The translations under genes and the position numbers were made by a program. From a virus (taxonomy: Duplodnaviria; Heunggongvirae; Uroviricota; Caudoviricetes): a DNA stretch of 22,489 bases. Positions 1 to 12,553 of the stretch are shown in pieces (positions within the stretch are counted from its first letter, which is position 1; the number at the start of each line of letters is the position of its first letter). The notes below the pieces were generated by a model. That model was not told where the DNA came from and made no database searches. It was given only the letters and a program-made list of their open reading frames with translations. Location: positions 1 through 22,489 of the IMG/VR virus record IMGVR_UViG_2778261588_000007; one strand, 5' to 3'.

Positions 1-846
<846 letters not shown>

Positions 847-1215
847 GGTGAAAGCCTGAGGGCGATTTGCAGACGAGATGAATTTCCTCATCTTGCGACA
901 GTTCTTGCGTGGCTTCATCGACATGATGAGTTTCACGAGCAATACGCGCGAGCCAGAGAGATACAGGCTGAAGTAATGGCCGAAGATATCATCATGTACG
1001 CAGACTCAGCATCAGAAGAATCAGGTTCAGTGGCAAAAGCCAGGCTTCAGGTGGATGCAAGGAAGTGGTATGCGTCTAAGGTTGCTACGCGTCGATTCGG
1101 TGACAAGATTCAGCACGACCAGCGAATAACCATCAACGATATGACTGATGAAGAGATAGAGCGTCGCATTAGGGAGTTGCAGAATGCACAATCTGGATCG
1201 GGAGCAGAAACTTGA
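847..1215 (+). pseudogene. phage terminase small subunit (P22 gp3 / Sf6 gp1 family), 5' end replaced by IS sequence
   Basis: Translation from about 847 (GESLRAICRRDEF...YARAREIQAEVMAEDI...AKARLQVDARKWYASKVATRRFGDK) matches the conserved core of P22-like small terminases, but roughly 20-25 N-terminal codons are missing. The six-frame ORF 796..1215 only reaches an ATG by reading into the IS terminal repeats. Confidence 0.7.
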
Positions 1216-2632
1216 GTTATTACGCTTGCTGGAGGAAAAAGCACGTCGCTCGCATCTGTACAGGTATCGCACTTATTTCGATACCAGATACGAGTGGCAA
1301 AAGAAGTTCATCTCGCTAAGTAGTAAATACTCTCAGGTTGCATTAATTGCTGCAAACCGTGTGGGAAAGACTGATACCGCCACCTATATCGACGCTATCC
1401 ATGCAATAGGTGACTACCCTGATGGATGGGGTGGGTATAAGTTTGATCATGCCCCGCTAATCTGGTGTCTCGGTTACTCAGGGGAAAAGATTAGAGACCT
1501 TTTGCAAACACCGTTGCTGGGCAGAAAAACAGACGACGGCTGGGAAGGTGGTCTAATACCTGGAGATTTGATTGTTGATACAGAACCAATGACTGGTACG
1601 CCAAATGCAGTACGTTCTGCTTATATCAGGCATAAGTCAGGTCGGCTTTCGAAAATTCAGTTCTGGTCTTACTCGCAAGGTCAGCATGCACTAATGGGTG
1701 ACAGTGTTGACTGGTTCCATATCGACGAAGAGCCAAAAGATGAAACTATCTACCCGCAGGTTCTTACCCGTACAGCTACCGGAGACAAAGGTCGTGGTGG
1801 TCGTGGGATACTGACATTTACACCGGAAAACGGACGTACAGAGCTGGTTATTGGATTCATGGATAACCCCTCTGAGGCGCAAACGTGCATGAATGTTGGC
1901 TGGGATGATGCTCCACACCTTAGTGATAAGGTGAAAGAGGATTTGCTCTCATCATTTCCTCCTCATCAACGAGACATGCGAACGAAGGGGATTCCTATGC
2001 TTGGTCATGGTCGTATTTATGACTTTAGCGAAGACACAATCACCTGTGATCCATTCCCGATACCTCCCCACTGGATGGTGATTGATGGCATGGACTTTGG
2101 CTGGGATCACCCGCAGGCTCACATGCAATTAGTTATCGATAACGACAACGAAACGTACTATGTGACCAGAGCATGGAAAGCGAGCCAGACATCTCCAGCA
2201 GAGGCATGGTCTTCAGTTAAGTCATGGGCATTAAAAGTACCCACAGCATGGCCGCAAGATGGATTACAAACAGAAAAAGGGTCAGGACTTCAGCAGAAGC
2301 AGTACTACCACGAAGCGGGGTTTCAGATGCTTCATGAACCAGCGCAATGGCCTGATGGTTCTAGATCAGTTGAGGCAGGCCTGTTCGAACTGTACGACCT
2401 GATGAAGCTGGGTAAATTTAAAGTATTCCGTGGACTTCGAGACTGGTTCGACGAATTTAACTATTACCATCGTGACGAGAAAGGGCGTATAGCAAAAACC
2501 CGCGATGACCTTCTTGATGCCACACGCTATGCATACATGATGCGCCGATACGCTAAGCGTTATGGCGATATTAACAAGCCAAAAGAGAAGAAAACACCAG
2601 CCCCAATCAGGCCCATCGCACGGAGAACTTAA
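1184..2632 (+). CDS. phage terminase large subunit (ATPase/nuclease)
   Basis: 482 aa ORF immediately after and overlapping terS by 32 nt; Walker A-like LIAANRVGKTD and acidic WFHIDEEP motif; position before the portal gene as in P22. Confidence 0.85.
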   Translation: MHNLDREQKLELLRLLEEKARRSHLYRYRTYFDTRYEWQKKFISLSSKYSQVALIAANRVGKTDTATYIDAIHAIGDYPDGWGGYKFDHAPLIWCLGYSGEKIRDLLQTPLLGRKTDDGWEGGLIPGDLIVDTEPMTGTPNAVRSAYIRHKSGRLSKIQFWSYSQGQHALMGDSVDWFHIDEEPKDETIYPQVLTRTATGDKGRGGRGILTFTPENGRTELVIGFMDNPSEAQTCMNVGWDDAPHLSDKVKEDLLSSFPPHQRDMRTKGIPMLGHGRIYDFSEDTITCDPFPIPPHWMVIDGMDFGWDHPQAHMQLVIDNDNETYYVTRAWKASQTSPAEAWSSVKSWALKVPTAWPQDGLQTEKGSGLQQKQYYHEAGFQMLHEPAQWPDGSRSVEAGLFELYDLMKLGKFKVFRGLRDWFDEFNYYHRDEKGRIAKTRDDLLDATRYAYMMRRYAKRYGDINKPKEKKTPAPIRPIARRT

Positions 2633-4798
2633 ATGGCCGACGAAAACAGACTCAATTCCATTCTGTGTAAGTTTGACGCAGACTGGATGGCGAGCGATGA
2701 AGCCAGAACCGAGGCGACAAATGACCTGTATTTTAGCCGAGTGTCGCAATGGGATGACTGGCTATCAAACTACACGACTCTGCAATATCGCGGACAATTC
2801 GATGTTGTTCGCCCGGTGGTCAGGAAACTGGTCGCAGAGATGCGCCGGAACCCTATCGACGTTCTCTTCCGACCCAAAGACGGTGCTAATCCTGATGCAG
2901 CCGATGTGTTGATGGGGATGTATCGTACTGATATGCGCCATAACACGGCAAAGATTGCCGTTAACGTTGGCGTTCGTGAGCAGATAGAGTCCGGCGTTGG
3001 TGCATGGCGTCTGGTCACGCAGTACGAAGACAACGATCCAACAAGCAACAATCAGGTAATCCGACGCCTTCCAATCCATGAAGCCTGCTCACACGTCATA
3101 TGGGACGCCAATAGCAAGCAGATGGATAAGAGCGACGCTAAGCATTGCACGGTGATTAACGCCTTGTCGCGCAATGGCTGGAAAGAGTTCGCAGAGGATT
3201 ACGGTATTGATCCGGATGCCTTGCCATCTTTCCAGAATCCGAACGATACATGGCTGTTTCCGTGGGTATCGAATGATGTCGTCTACGTCGCTGAGTATTA
3301 CGAGGTCGAAGAGAAGAAGGAGAAAGTCTTCATCTACCGCGACCCGCTGACAGGTGAGCCGGTCAGCTATTACCAGCAGGATATCAAAGACGTCATCGAC
3401 GACCTGGCTAATCGTGGATTCATTAAGGTAGCAGAGCGTAAGGTGAAGCGTCGTCGTGTGTATAAGTCGATCATCACCTGCACGCAGATACTGAAAGACC
3501 GAGAAAAGATAGCCGGAGAGCATATCCCAATCGTTCCAGTGTATGGAGAATGGTCATTCGCTGGTGACAAGGAGTGCTACGAGGGAGTGGTAAGGCTGAC
3601 GAAAGACGGTCAACGCCTTCGTAACATGATCATGTCGTTCAACGCCGATATTGTTGCTCGTTCACCGAAGAAGAAACCGACCTTCTTCCCTGAGCAAATC
3701 GAAGGCTACGAATACATGTACGGTGGAAATGATGACTATCCGTACTATCTGCAGAACAGGACCGATGAAAACGGTAACGACCTGCCGATTGGTCCAATCT
3801 CCTACATGGAAAACCCTGAAGTGCCGCAAGCCAACGCTTACATGCTTGAGGCTGCCACCAACGCAGTGAAAGAGGTGGCTAGTCTTGGCGTGGATGCGCA
3901 GGCGGCAAACTCTCAGGTCGCTTTCGATACCGTCAATCAACTGAACATGCGGGCAGACCTTGAGACATACGTGTTTCAGGATAACCTGGCTACCGCAATG
4001 CGACGTGATGGCGAGATTTATGCCTCAATGGTCAACGATATTTATGACGTTCCTCGTCATGTAACGCTGACACTTGAAGATGGTAGCGAGAAAGACGTTC
4101 AACTCTACGCGCAAGTTGTAGATTACCAGTCCGGTAATGTGGTCACACTCAACGACATTCGCGGTCGCTATGAGTGCTATACAGACGTTGGGCCATCCTT
4201 CCAGAGCATGAAGGAACAGAACCGCGCAGAGATTCAGGAGTTACTCACCAAGGTTCCGCAAGGTACTCCAGAGTTCCAGATGCTGATGCTGCAATACTTC
4301 ACGCTGCTTGACGGTAAAGGCGTTGAGATGATGCGAGAGTACGCGAACAAGCAACTGGTGATGATGGGGCTGAAGAAACCAGAAACACCTGAAGAGATGG
4401 AGATGGTACAGCAGGCACAACAACAGCCGCAGCAGCCATCAGCAGAGCAAATTCAGGCGCAGGGTATCCTTCTGCAAGGTCAGGCTGAATTGCTCAAGGC
4501 AGAGAACCAACAGGCGCAGATTCAGGTTGAAGCTGCCAAGGTTGAAGCCCAAAACCAACTCAACGCCGCGAAGATTGCAGAAATCTTCAACAATATGGAC
4601 CTCGACAAGCAGGCAGAACTGCGTGAGTACCTCAAGCTCGTAGGTCAATTCCAGCAACAGCGCAGCAAAGATGCTCGTGCTAACGCTGAGCTGCTTCTTA
4701 AAGATGCAGACCAGACTCATTCACAACGCATGGATTTCGCGAATCTTATGCGTCAAGTTCAAATCCCCTCCGGCGGAGTAGCCGAGACACCTCAATAA
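2633..4798 (+). CDS. portal protein (P22 gp1 homolog)
   Basis: 721 aa; N-terminus [55 protein letters not shown] and C-terminal Q-rich barrel region closely match remembered P22 gp1 (725 aa). Confidence 0.95.
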   Translation: MADENRLNSILCKFDADWMASDEARTEATNDLYFSRVSQWDDWLSNYTTLQYRGQFDVVRPVVRKLVAEMRRNPIDVLFRPKDGANPDAADVLMGMYRTDMRHNTAKIAVNVGVREQIESGVGAWRLVTQYEDNDPTSNNQVIRRLPIHEACSHVIWDANSKQMDKSDAKHCTVINALSRNGWKEFAEDYGIDPDALPSFQNPNDTWLFPWVSNDVVYVAEYYEVEEKKEKVFIYRDPLTGEPVSYYQQDIKDVIDDLANRGFIKVAERKVKRRRVYKSIITCTQILKDREKIAGEHIPIVPVYGEWSFAGDKECYEGVVRLTKDGQRLRNMIMSFNADIVARSPKKKPTFFPEQIEGYEYMYGGNDDYPYYLQNRTDENGNDLPIGPISYMENPEVPQANAYMLEAATNAVKEVASLGVDAQAANSQVAFDTVNQLNMRADLETYVFQDNLATAMRRDGEIYASMVNDIYDVPRHVTLTLEDGSEKDVQLYAQVVDYQSGNVVTLNDIRGRYECYTDVGPSFQSMKEQNRAEIQELLTKVPQGTPEFQMLMLQYFTLLDGKGVEMMREYANKQLVMMGLKKPETPEEMEMVQQAQQQPQQPSAEQIQAQGILLQGQAELLKAENQQAQIQVEAAKVEAQNQLNAAKIAEIFNNMDLDKQAELREYLKLVGQFQQQRSKDARANAELLLKDADQTHSQRMDFANLMRQVQIPSGGVAETPQ

Positions 4799-4811
4799 GA
4801 GAGAGTTAATC

Positions 4812-5723
4812 ATGGACCAAACCACCGACATTCAGGCTTCTGAAGAATTAACCCTGCCCGGCAATCATGCAGCGGCATCTGCTGATGGCTTAGTTGTCGA
4901 TAATGCCAACGACAACGCAGGTCAGGAAGAAGGCTTCGAGATTGTCCTGAAAGACGATGAGAAACCAAAACAAGACCCGGCAACTAATGCTGAATTTGCC
5001 CGTCGCCGCATCGAACGCAAACGCCAGCGTGAGCTTGAGCAACAGATGGAAGCGGTTAAGCGTGGAGAGTTGCCGGAGCACCTGCGGGTGAACCCTGAGT
5101 TACCAAAACAACCAGACCCTAACGATTATCTTTCCGAAGATGCACTGGCTAAGTACGACTATGACCAGAGCCGCGCACTGGCTGCCTTCCAGCAGGCAAA
5201 TAGTGAATGGCAGATCAAGGCTATGGACGCACGAAGCCAGGCTGTCGCCGAGCAGGGTCGCAAAACTCAGGAGTTCACCCAGCAATCAGCGCAATACGTC
5301 GAGGCAGCCCGTAAGCACTACGACGCAGCGGAAAAGCTCAATATCCCTGACTATCAGGAGAAAGAGGATGCATTCATGCAACTGGTGCCGCCAGCAGTCG
5401 GTGCCGACATCATGCGCCTCTTCCCGGAGAAATCCGCTGCTCTCATGTATCACCTTGGTGCTAATCCTGAGAAAACACGCCAGTTGCTGGCGATGGACGG
5501 GCAATCCGCGCTGATTGAACTCACTCGACTGTCAGAACGTTTAACTCTCAAGCCTCGAGCCAAACCTGTTTCAGAAGCCCCGCTACCTGATGAACCCATT
5601 CAGGGACACGCTGTTGCTGCAAATATATCTGCGATTGAAAAGCAGATGGAAGCGGCAGCAAACAAAGGGGATGTAGAGAGATACCGCAAGCTCAAGGCGC
5701 AACTGAATAAAGGAATTCGATAA
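4812..5723 (+). CDS. scaffolding protein (P22 gp8 homolog)
   Basis: 303 aa, same length as P22 gp8; near-identical stretches ([44 protein letters not shown]-terminal GDVE.YRKLKA). RBS GAGAG upstream. Confidence 0.9.
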   Translation: MDQTTDIQASEELTLPGNHAAASADGLVVDNANDNAGQEEGFEIVLKDDEKPKQDPATNAEFARRRIERKRQRELEQQMEAVKRGELPEHLRVNPELPKQPDPNDYLSEDALAKYDYDQSRALAAFQQANSEWQIKAMDARSQAVAEQGRKTQEFTQQSAQYVEAARKHYDAAEKLNIPDYQEKEDAFMQLVPPAVGADIMRLFPEKSAALMYHLGANPEKTRQLLAMDGQSALIELTRLSERLTLKPRAKPVSEAPLPDEPIQGHAVAANISAIEKQMEAAANKGDVERYRKLKAQLNKGIR

Positions 5724-7018
5724 TGGCATTAAATGAAGGTCAACTGGTCACGTATGCTCTAGATGAAATCATCGAAACCGTCCAGAACCTGACGCCAATG
5801 GCGTCCAAAGTGACAAAATACACCCCTCCGGCAGAATCCATGCAGCGTTCAAGCAACACCGTGTGGATGCCTGTTGAGCAGGAAGCGCCAACCCAGACTG
5901 GCTGGGATTTAACTGGCAACGCAACCGGGATTCTGGAACTCTCCGTGAAATGCAACATGGGCGATCCGGATAACGATTTCTTCGAGCTTCGTGCAGATGA
6001 CCTGCGTGATGAGCGTTCTTACCGTCGTCGCATCCAGGCATCCGCCAAAAAACTGGCGAATAACATTGAGTCAGCAATTGCAAAACAGGCAACTGAAATG
6101 GGCTCGCTTGTTGTTCACGATACCCGCGCAATTGGTCCATCTACTGGCCTGTCTGGCTGGGATTTTGTGTCTGATGCAGAGCGCCTGATGTTCTCCCGTG
6201 AGCTAAACCGCGATATGGGCATCAGTTACTTCCTGAACCCTGACGATTACCGCAAAGCAGGCCGCAACCTGGTAGATGGTGACATCTTCGGGCGCGTTAC
6301 TGAAGACGCGTATCACAACGGTACTATTCAGCGTCAGATTGCTGGCTTTGATGAAATTCTTCGCTCACCGAAACTTCCCGCAGTTACCAAGTCAACCGCT
6401 ACTGGTGTAACTGTTTCTGGTGCGCAGAAGTTTAAGCCGCAGGCATACACCCTTGATACCGATGGTAACAAAGAGAACGTCGATAACCGTGTTGCAACGG
6501 TGACCGTATCCTCCACCACCGGATTTAAGCGCGGCGACAAAATCAGCTTCACTGGTGTGAAATTCCTGTCTCAGATGGCGAAGAACGTGCTGACTGATGA
6601 TGCGACTTTCTCAATCACCCGTGTGATCGATGGTACTCACATCGAAATCACGCCGAAGCCGATTGCGCTGGATGACGCGTCACTGACAAAAGAAGAGAAG
6701 GCTTACGCTAACGTAAACACCTCTCTTGCTGATACCACTCCGGTAAACGTTCTGAACGTGGCAACAACCACCGCTAACGTGTTCTGGGCTGATGACTCAA
6801 TCCGCCTGCTGTCTCAGCCGATCCCGGTAACCCATGAACTGTTTGCTGGCATGAAAACGTCTTCCTTCAGCATTCCTGGTATTGGTGTTAACGGCATCTT
6901 CGCAACGCAGGGCGATATCAACACTCTGTCTGGTAAGTGCCGTATTGCTGTGTGGTATTCAGCATGTGCTGTACGACCAGAGGCAATTGGTGTTGGTCTG
7001 CCTAACCAGACTGCGTGA
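5723..7018 (+). CDS. major capsid (coat) protein (P22 gp5 homolog)
   Basis: 431 aa (P22 gp5 is 430 aa); start overlaps the scaffold stop (TAATG); followed by a strong intrinsic terminator. Confidence 0.9.
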   Translation: MALNEGQLVTYALDEIIETVQNLTPMASKVTKYTPPAESMQRSSNTVWMPVEQEAPTQTGWDLTGNATGILELSVKCNMGDPDNDFFELRADDLRDERSYRRRIQASAKKLANNIESAIAKQATEMGSLVVHDTRAIGPSTGLSGWDFVSDAERLMFSRELNRDMGISYFLNPDDYRKAGRNLVDGDIFGRVTEDAYHNGTIQRQIAGFDEILRSPKLPAVTKSTATGVTVSGAQKFKPQAYTLDTDGNKENVDNRVATVTVSSTTGFKRGDKISFTGVKFLSQMAKNVLTDDATFSITRVIDGTHIEITPKPIALDDASLTKEEKAYANVNTSLADTTPVNVLNVATTTANVFWADDSIRLLSQPIPVTHELFAGMKTSSFSIPGIGVNGIFATQGDINTLSGKCRIAVWYSACAVRPEAIGVGLPNQTA

Positions 7019-7025
7019 TAACCAG

Positions 7026-7049
7026 AGGGAGCTTCGGCTCCCTTTTTTA
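7026..7049 (+). terminator. intrinsic terminator downstream of the coat gene
   Basis: AGGGAGC-TTCG-GCTCCCT hairpin (7 bp stem, UUCG tetraloop) followed by TTTTTT, 8 nt after the coat stop codon. Confidence 0.6.
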
Positions 7050-7062
7050 TCTGGAGACAAGC

Positions 7063-7306
<244 letters not shown>

Positions 7307-7329
<23 letters not shown>

Positions 7330-7807
7330 TTTAGTTCTTGCGGCATTACGTAAGCTCGGTGTGGCATCAAATGCCACGTTAACCGATGTCGAACCGCAGT
7401 CTATGGAAGACGGCGTCAACGACCTTGAAATGATGATGGCTGAATGGCTTGGTGGTGATGTGTCACCTGGCATCAACGTTGGCTACATTTTTGCTGATGC
7501 AGATATCGCTCCGGATCCGGGAGATGAGCACGGCTTATCAAATAACGCTATCAATGCCGTCATTTTCAACCTTGCCTGCCGCATTGCTCCAGATTATGCG
7601 CTGGAAGCGTCTGCAAAACTTATAACCACTGCCAGATACGGGAAAGAGCGACTCGTCAAACTGTCTGCAATGGACAGAGCAAAAGCCGCTAAATGTAAGT
7701 CCGGTTATCCAAACCGTATGCCTGTTGGTAGCGGTAACCAGTTGGCGAAGTGGAACGGTTGGAGTTACTTCCACCGGAAGGAACCTTGCGATAACGGGAG
7801 CGAATAA
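7307..7807 (+). CDS. head completion / portal-binding protein (P22 gp4 homolog)
   Basis: 166 aa from the internal ATG at 7307 ([32 protein letters not shown]...); matches P22 gp4 in length and sequence. The upstream part of ORF 7202..7807 is only the QS-frame of the repeat. Confidence 0.9.
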
Positions 7808-9226
7808 ATGCCGATTCAGCAACTTCCGCTCATGAAAGGCGTCGGCAAAGACTTTCGAAACGCCGACTATATCGACTATCTGCCAGTGAATATGTTGGCT
7901 ACACCCAAAGAAATCCTCAACAGCAGCGGATATCTTCGCTCATTCCCGGGCATTGCCAAACGTTCTGATGTGAACGGCGTATCGCGAGGCGTCGAGTACA
8001 ACATGGCACAGAATGCTGTTTATCGCGTGTGTGGTGGCAAATTGTATAAGGGCGAAAGTGAGGTCGGTGACGTCGCCGGAAGTGGTCGCGTATCAATGGC
8101 GCATGGTCGGACATCACAGGCGGTAGGCGTTAATGGTCAACTGGTCGAGTATCGTTATGATGGCGCGGTCAAAACCGTCTCAAACTGGCCTACAGACAGC
8201 GGATTCACACAGTATGAGTTAGGCTCGGTCCGCGACATTACGCGCTTACGTGGGCGTTATGCGTGGTCAAAAGACGGAACTGATTCATGGTTTATCACTG
8301 ACCTTGAAGACGAATCGCATCCTGACCGCTACAGCGCACAATATCGCGCAGAATCGCAGCCGGACGGCATCATCGGCATAGGTACATGGCGAGACTTTAT
8401 CGTCTGCTTTGGTTCATCGACGATTGAATATTTTTCCCTGACAGGTGCAACCACCGTTGGTGCTGCTTTGTATGTCGCACAGCCATCACTGATGGTGCAA
8501 AAAGGCATCGCCGGGACTTACTGCAAAACGCCATTCGCTGATTCTTATGCGTTCATCAGCAATCCGGCAACAGGTGCGCCGTCTGTGTATATCATCGGCT
8601 CCGGTCAGGTATCACCAATCGCCAGCGCGAGCATTGAGAAAATACTACGCTCCTACACTGCTGATGAACTGGCTGATGGCGTGATGGAATCGTTGCGGTT
8701 TGATGCTCATGAGTTGCTGATTATTCACCTGCCGCGCCACGTCCTCGTGTACGACGCATCTTCAAGCGCCAATGGTCCGCAATGGTGTGTACTGAAAACA
8801 GGCCTGTATGACGATGTGTACCGCGCTATCGACTTCATTTACGAAGGCAACCAAATTACGTGCGGCGATAAGCTTGAATCGATGACAGGGAAATTGCAGT
8901 TCGATATCAGCAGCCAGTACGACAAGCAACAGGAACACCTGCTGTTTACTCCGTTGTTCAAAGCGGATAACGCCAGAGTTTTCGACCTTGAAGTTGAATC
9001 GTCAACTGGCGTTGCGCAGTACGCTGACCGCCTGTTCCTCTCTGCAACCACTGACGGCATAAATTACGGTCGTGAGCAGATGATTGAGCAGAATGAACCG
9101 TTCGTTTACGACAAACGCGTTTTGTGGAAGAAAGTAGGGCGCATCAGGAAAAACATTGGTTTCAAATTGCGCGTTATCACGAAGTCACCTGTCACTCTGT
9201 CTGGCGCTCAGATAAGGATTGAGTAA
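7808..9226 (+). CDS. packaged-DNA stabilization / tail hub protein (P22 gp10 homolog)
   Basis: 472 aa, same length as P22 gp10; syntenic position; start directly abuts the gp4 stop. Confidence 0.9.
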   Translation: MPIQQLPLMKGVGKDFRNADYIDYLPVNMLATPKEILNSSGYLRSFPGIAKRSDVNGVSRGVEYNMAQNAVYRVCGGKLYKGESEVGDVAGSGRVSMAHGRTSQAVGVNGQLVEYRYDGAVKTVSNWPTDSGFTQYELGSVRDITRLRGRYAWSKDGTDSWFITDLEDESHPDRYSAQYRAESQPDGIIGIGTWRDFIVCFGSSTIEYFSLTGATTVGAALYVAQPSLMVQKGIAGTYCKTPFADSYAFISNPATGAPSVYIIGSGQVSPIASASIEKILRSYTADELADGVMESLRFDAHELLIIHLPRHVLVYDASSSANGPQWCVLKTGLYDDVYRAIDFIYEGNQITCGDKLESMTGKLQFDISSQYDKQQEHLLFTPLFKADNARVFDLEVESSTGVAQYADRLFLSATTDGINYGREQMIEQNEPFVYDKRVLWKKVGRIRKNIGFKLRVITKSPVTLSGAQIRIE

Positions 9227-9927
9227 TGGCGGATTCGAATCTCAATGTGCCGGTAATCATTCAGGCTACACGGCTCGACACATCAGTCCTTCCACGCAAT
9301 ATCTTTTCGCAGTCGTATCTGCTTTACGTTATCGCACAGGGTACTGATGTTGGTAACGTGGCTAACAAGGCCAACGAGGCCGGACAGGGCGCTTATGATG
9401 CACAGGTCAGGAACGATGAGCAGGATGTTATTCTGGTCGATCACGAAGAAAGAATTCTTCAGCTCCGCATCGACGTAGACGACCATGAAATCCGTATTAC
9501 TGCAAATACCAATGCAATCGCGTCGCTGGATGTCAGACTAACCACGGCTGAAGGTGAAATAGTCACCTTGCAGGCTGATGTCAGTGCTCTTGATGGTAGA
9601 GTGACGGAGGCTGAAGGAAATATTTCTGCATTGCAGGACGATTACGTATCGAAAACAGCAACAGCAACACAATCGCTGGCATCCCCCCTCAACGTAACAA
9701 CATCCTATTCAGTCGGCGGCACCAAGGTTATCGGTGCTCGTCAGACAGGATGGACAGCGGCAACCGGAACGGCACTCCTCGGCGCATTCAACGCTAACCA
9801 GTCATACACTGTCGGCACTACGTACACGCAATCCGAAGTCGCAGCACTCGCTACAGGTTTGCAGCAGGCGCGGCAGCGTATTCTGGCGCTTGAAACGGCA
9901 CTTAGATTACATGGGCTGATTGACTGA
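9226..9927 (+). CDS. tail needle protein (P22 gp26 homolog)
   Basis: 233 aa, same length as P22 gp26; conserved N-terminus ([30 protein letters not shown]) and trimeric coiled-coil heptads (DVDDHE.RITANT.AI..L.VR.TTAEGEI). Confidence 0.95.
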   Translation: MADSNLNVPVIIQATRLDTSVLPRNIFSQSYLLYVIAQGTDVGNVANKANEAGQGAYDAQVRNDEQDVILVDHEERILQLRIDVDDHEIRITANTNAIASLDVRLTTAEGEIVTLQADVSALDGRVTEAEGNISALQDDYVSKTATATQSLASPLNVTTSYSVGGTKVIGARQTGWTAATGTALLGAFNANQSYTVGTTYTQSEVAALATGLQQARQRILALETALRLHGLID

Positions 9928-10382
9928 TGATTACATTCAAACCAACGCGAAACATCGACCTGATCGAAGCAGTAGGAAATCACCCTGACATCATCGCCGG
10001 GAGCAACAACGGTGATGGATACGACTACAAACCTGATTGCCGTTACTTTGAGGTGAACGTGCACGGTCAGTTTGGCGGCATTGTTTACTATCAGGAGATT
10101 CAGCCGCTGACATTCGATTGCCACGCCATGTACCTGCCAGAGATTCGCGGCTTCAGCAAGGAAATCGGGCTGGCGTTCTGGCGATACATTCTGACTAACA
10201 CCACTGTTCAGTGTGTCACATCGTTCGCTGCGCGCAAATTCCGCCACGGGCAGATGTACTGCGCAATGATTGGCCTTAATCGTGTAGGAACCATCAAGAA
10301 ATACTTCAAAGGCGTGGATGACGTGACGTTTTACAGCGCAACACGCGAAGAACTAATCGACTTCCTGAATCACGGGAGATAG
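9927..10382 (+). CDS. head completion protein (P22 gp14 homolog)
   Basis: 151 aa; ATGA start/stop overlap with gp26; position between needle and ejection proteins as in P22. Confidence 0.8.
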   Translation: MITFKPTRNIDLIEAVGNHPDIIAGSNNGDGYDYKPDCRYFEVNVHGQFGGIVYYQEIQPLTFDCHAMYLPEIRGFSKEIGLAFWRYILTNTTVQCVTSFAARKFRHGQMYCAMIGLNRVGTIKKYFKGVDDVTFYSATREELIDFLNHGR

Positions 10383-10384
10383 CC

Positions 10385-11077
10385 ATGTTATATGCATTTA
10401 AGCTGGGCAGAAAACTGCGCGGCGAGGAACCTTATTGCCCTGAAAAAGGCGGGAAAGGTGGCAGTTCTGATAAAAGCGCAAAGTATGCCGCAGAAGCTCA
10501 GAAGTATGCAGCAGACCTGCAAAATCAGCAGTGGCAGACGATCATGAAAAACCTTGCTCCGTTCACGCCTCTTGCGGAGCAGTATGTTAACCAGCTTCAG
10601 AACCTTTCCAGTTTAGAAGGTCAGGGGCAGGCACTTAATCAGTATTACAACTCTCAGCAGTATAAAGACCTTGCAGGTCAGGCTCGTTACCAGAGTCTTG
10701 CTGCTGCGGAGGCGACGGGTGGACTTGGTTCGACAGCCACAAGCAATCAACTGGCTGCGATCGCGCCGACTCTCGGTCAGTCTTGGTTATCAAACCAGAT
10801 GAGCAATTACAACAATCTGGCAAACGTTGGGCTTGGTGCGCTGCAAGGTCAGGCAAACGCCGGGCAGACGTACGCCAACAACATGAGCAGCATTGCACAG
10901 CAAAGCGCAGCTCTTGCCGCTGCTAATGCCAATAAACCATCAAGTCTTCAGACTGCAATTAGTGGCGGAACGTCTGGTGCGATTGCCGGTGCAGGTCTTG
11001 CCAGCCTTTTGGGAACATCAACACCTTGGGGCGCTGGCATTGGTGCTGGTATCGGATTGCTTGGCTCGTTGTTTTAA
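10385..11077 (+). CDS. ejection (internal virion) protein, P22 gp7 homolog
   Basis: 230 aa; N-terminus MLYAF.LGRKLRGEEP..PEKGGKGGSSD as in P22 gp7; Gly/Ala-rich C-terminus. Confidence 0.85.
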   Translation: MLYAFKLGRKLRGEEPYCPEKGGKGGSSDKSAKYAAEAQKYAADLQNQQWQTIMKNLAPFTPLAEQYVNQLQNLSSLEGQGQALNQYYNSQQYKDLAGQARYQSLAAAEATGGLGSTATSNQLAAIAPTLGQSWLSNQMSNYNNLANVGLGALQGQANAGQTYANNMSSIAQQSAALAAANANKPSSLQTAISGGTSGAIAGAGLASLLGTSTPWGAGIGAGIGLLGSLF

Positions 11078-11086
11078 GGGGTAATC

Positions 11087-12553
11087 ATGGCTACTTGGCA
11101 AGGATCAAATGGCGGATTGTTGGCTGGTATCGGTGGCGTCAACTCAAACGCTCCGAGCGTAAATGACATCGGCAATACGCTTCAGATTATCAGGCAGAAC
11201 AATGATATTGAGCGTTCAGGCGCTAACAATGTTGGTCTTACTGCTTTGCAAGGCCTTTCAGGTATTGCGGGGGTGTTTCAGCAGGAAAAGCAGGCTCAGC
11301 GGCAGAAAGAATTTCAGCAGGCATACGCTAATGCTTATGCGTCTGGTGATCGCGGTGCTTTGCGTCAGTTGGCTACTCAATATCCAGACCAGATTGAATC
11401 CGTTCGTAAAGGCATGGGATTCATTGATGAAGACCAGCGTAATTCTATCGGCACCTTAGCGGCTGGCGCACGCCTTGCGTCATCGTCTCCAGAAGCAATG
11501 CAATCATGGCTGCAAAACAACGCCAAGGAACTGACTCGCGTCGGTGTTGACCCTAACAGTGTTGCTCAGATGTATCAGCAGAACCCTTCAGGATTTGGTG
11601 AGTTTGTTGATCACCTTGGAATGGCTGCTCTTGGTCCGATTGATTACTTCAATGTTCAGGACAAGATGGCTGGTCGTGAGATTGACCGAGGCAGACTGGC
11701 AGAGACAATCCGCAGCAATCAGGCCAGCGAAGCACTTCAGGCGAGAGGGCAGGATATTAGCCGAGCAAATGCGTTAACGTCAGCATATGCACCAACAGCC
11801 GCAATGCAGAATTACAATCAGTACGCGCAAATGTTAAAGGCAGATCCAGATGGTGCAGCGGCATTTGCGGCAGCGGCGGGAATTAATCCCAATGCTAAGA
11901 AATTACTTAAGGTTGAAACCAATCCTGATGGCTCGGTAACTAAGTATTACACCGATGGCAGCGAGGAAGCCGGAAAACTAAACCAACCTATATCTGGTGA
12001 TGGCATTAAACCAATTAGCTTGCCACAAGCGCAAAGCATCATAGATAAGGCTAATGAGGGTTCCAAGAAGGCGGCAGGATTTGCTTTGCGATTAAAAGAT
12101 TCAATGGACTCAATGAATCAGCTTAGTAAAAGCATTGACCCTAAGCGAGTTGCATTAATAAATCGCTCTCTTGGTGATGGGACTATTGCAAATTTAAGCC
12201 TATCACCAGCGGAGCAGCAATATATGGTAAATGCGAGAGACGCATTGTATGCAATTTTGCGCCCAGAAACAGGTGCAGCAATTACTCTGCCAGAGATGCA
12301 GGAGTATTCCAAAATGTACCTGCCTCAGCCCGGTGATTCCAAGGCTGCTACTGAAACAAAAATGCGAAAAATGCAGGGCCAATATAACTCATTACGTGGT
12401 CAGTCTGGTCGCGTTTATGATGCTTTGGTGGTTTCAAGTGCTGCAAATAGTCAACAACAGAGCAATAGCCAACAACCGACAAATACCCAACAGCAGCAGA
12501 GTCAATCCGGATCATATACCTCAAAATCAGGCATTCAATTTACGGTGGAATGA
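11087..12553 (+). CDS. ejection protein, P22 gp20 homolog
   Basis: 488 aa; syntenic; Gly/Gln-rich low-complexity ends typical of ejection proteins. Confidence 0.8.
   Translation: MATWQGSNGGLLAGIGGVNSNAPSVNDIGNTLQIIRQNNDIERSGANNVGLTALQGLSGIAGVFQQEKQAQRQKEFQQAYANAYASGDRGALRQLATQYPDQIESVRKGMGFIDEDQRNSIGTLAAGARLASSSPEAMQSWLQNNAKELTRVGVDPNSVAQMYQQNPSGFGEFVDHLGMAALGPIDYFNVQDKMAGREIDRGRLAETIRSNQASEALQARGQDISRANALTSAYAPTAAMQNYNQYAQMLKADPDGAAAFAAAAGINPNAKKLLKVETNPDGSVTKYYTDGSEEAGKLNQPISGDGIKPISLPQAQSIIDKANEGSKKAAGFALRLKDSMDSMNQLSKSIDPKRVALINRSLGDGTIANLSLSPAEQQYMVNARDALYAILRPETGAAITLPEMQEYSKMYLPQPGDSKAATETKMRKMQGQYNSLRGQSGRVYDALVVSSAANSQQQSNSQQPTNTQQQQSQSGSYTSKSGIQFTVE

Noticed and set aside
2562-2912. 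116 aa + strand ORF spanning the terL/portal boundary
   Set aside because: Alternative frame overlapping the terL 3' end and portal 5' end, both of which have strong homology support.
9741-10247. 168 aa minus-strand ORF
   Set aside because: Entirely antisense to the conserved gp26/gp14 genes; likely a chance open frame in GC-balanced coding DNA.
11163-11777. Two + strand alternative-frame ORFs (98 aa and 77 aa) inside gp20
   Set aside because: Embedded in the frame-shifted reading of a well-supported ejection protein gene; no independent start signals.
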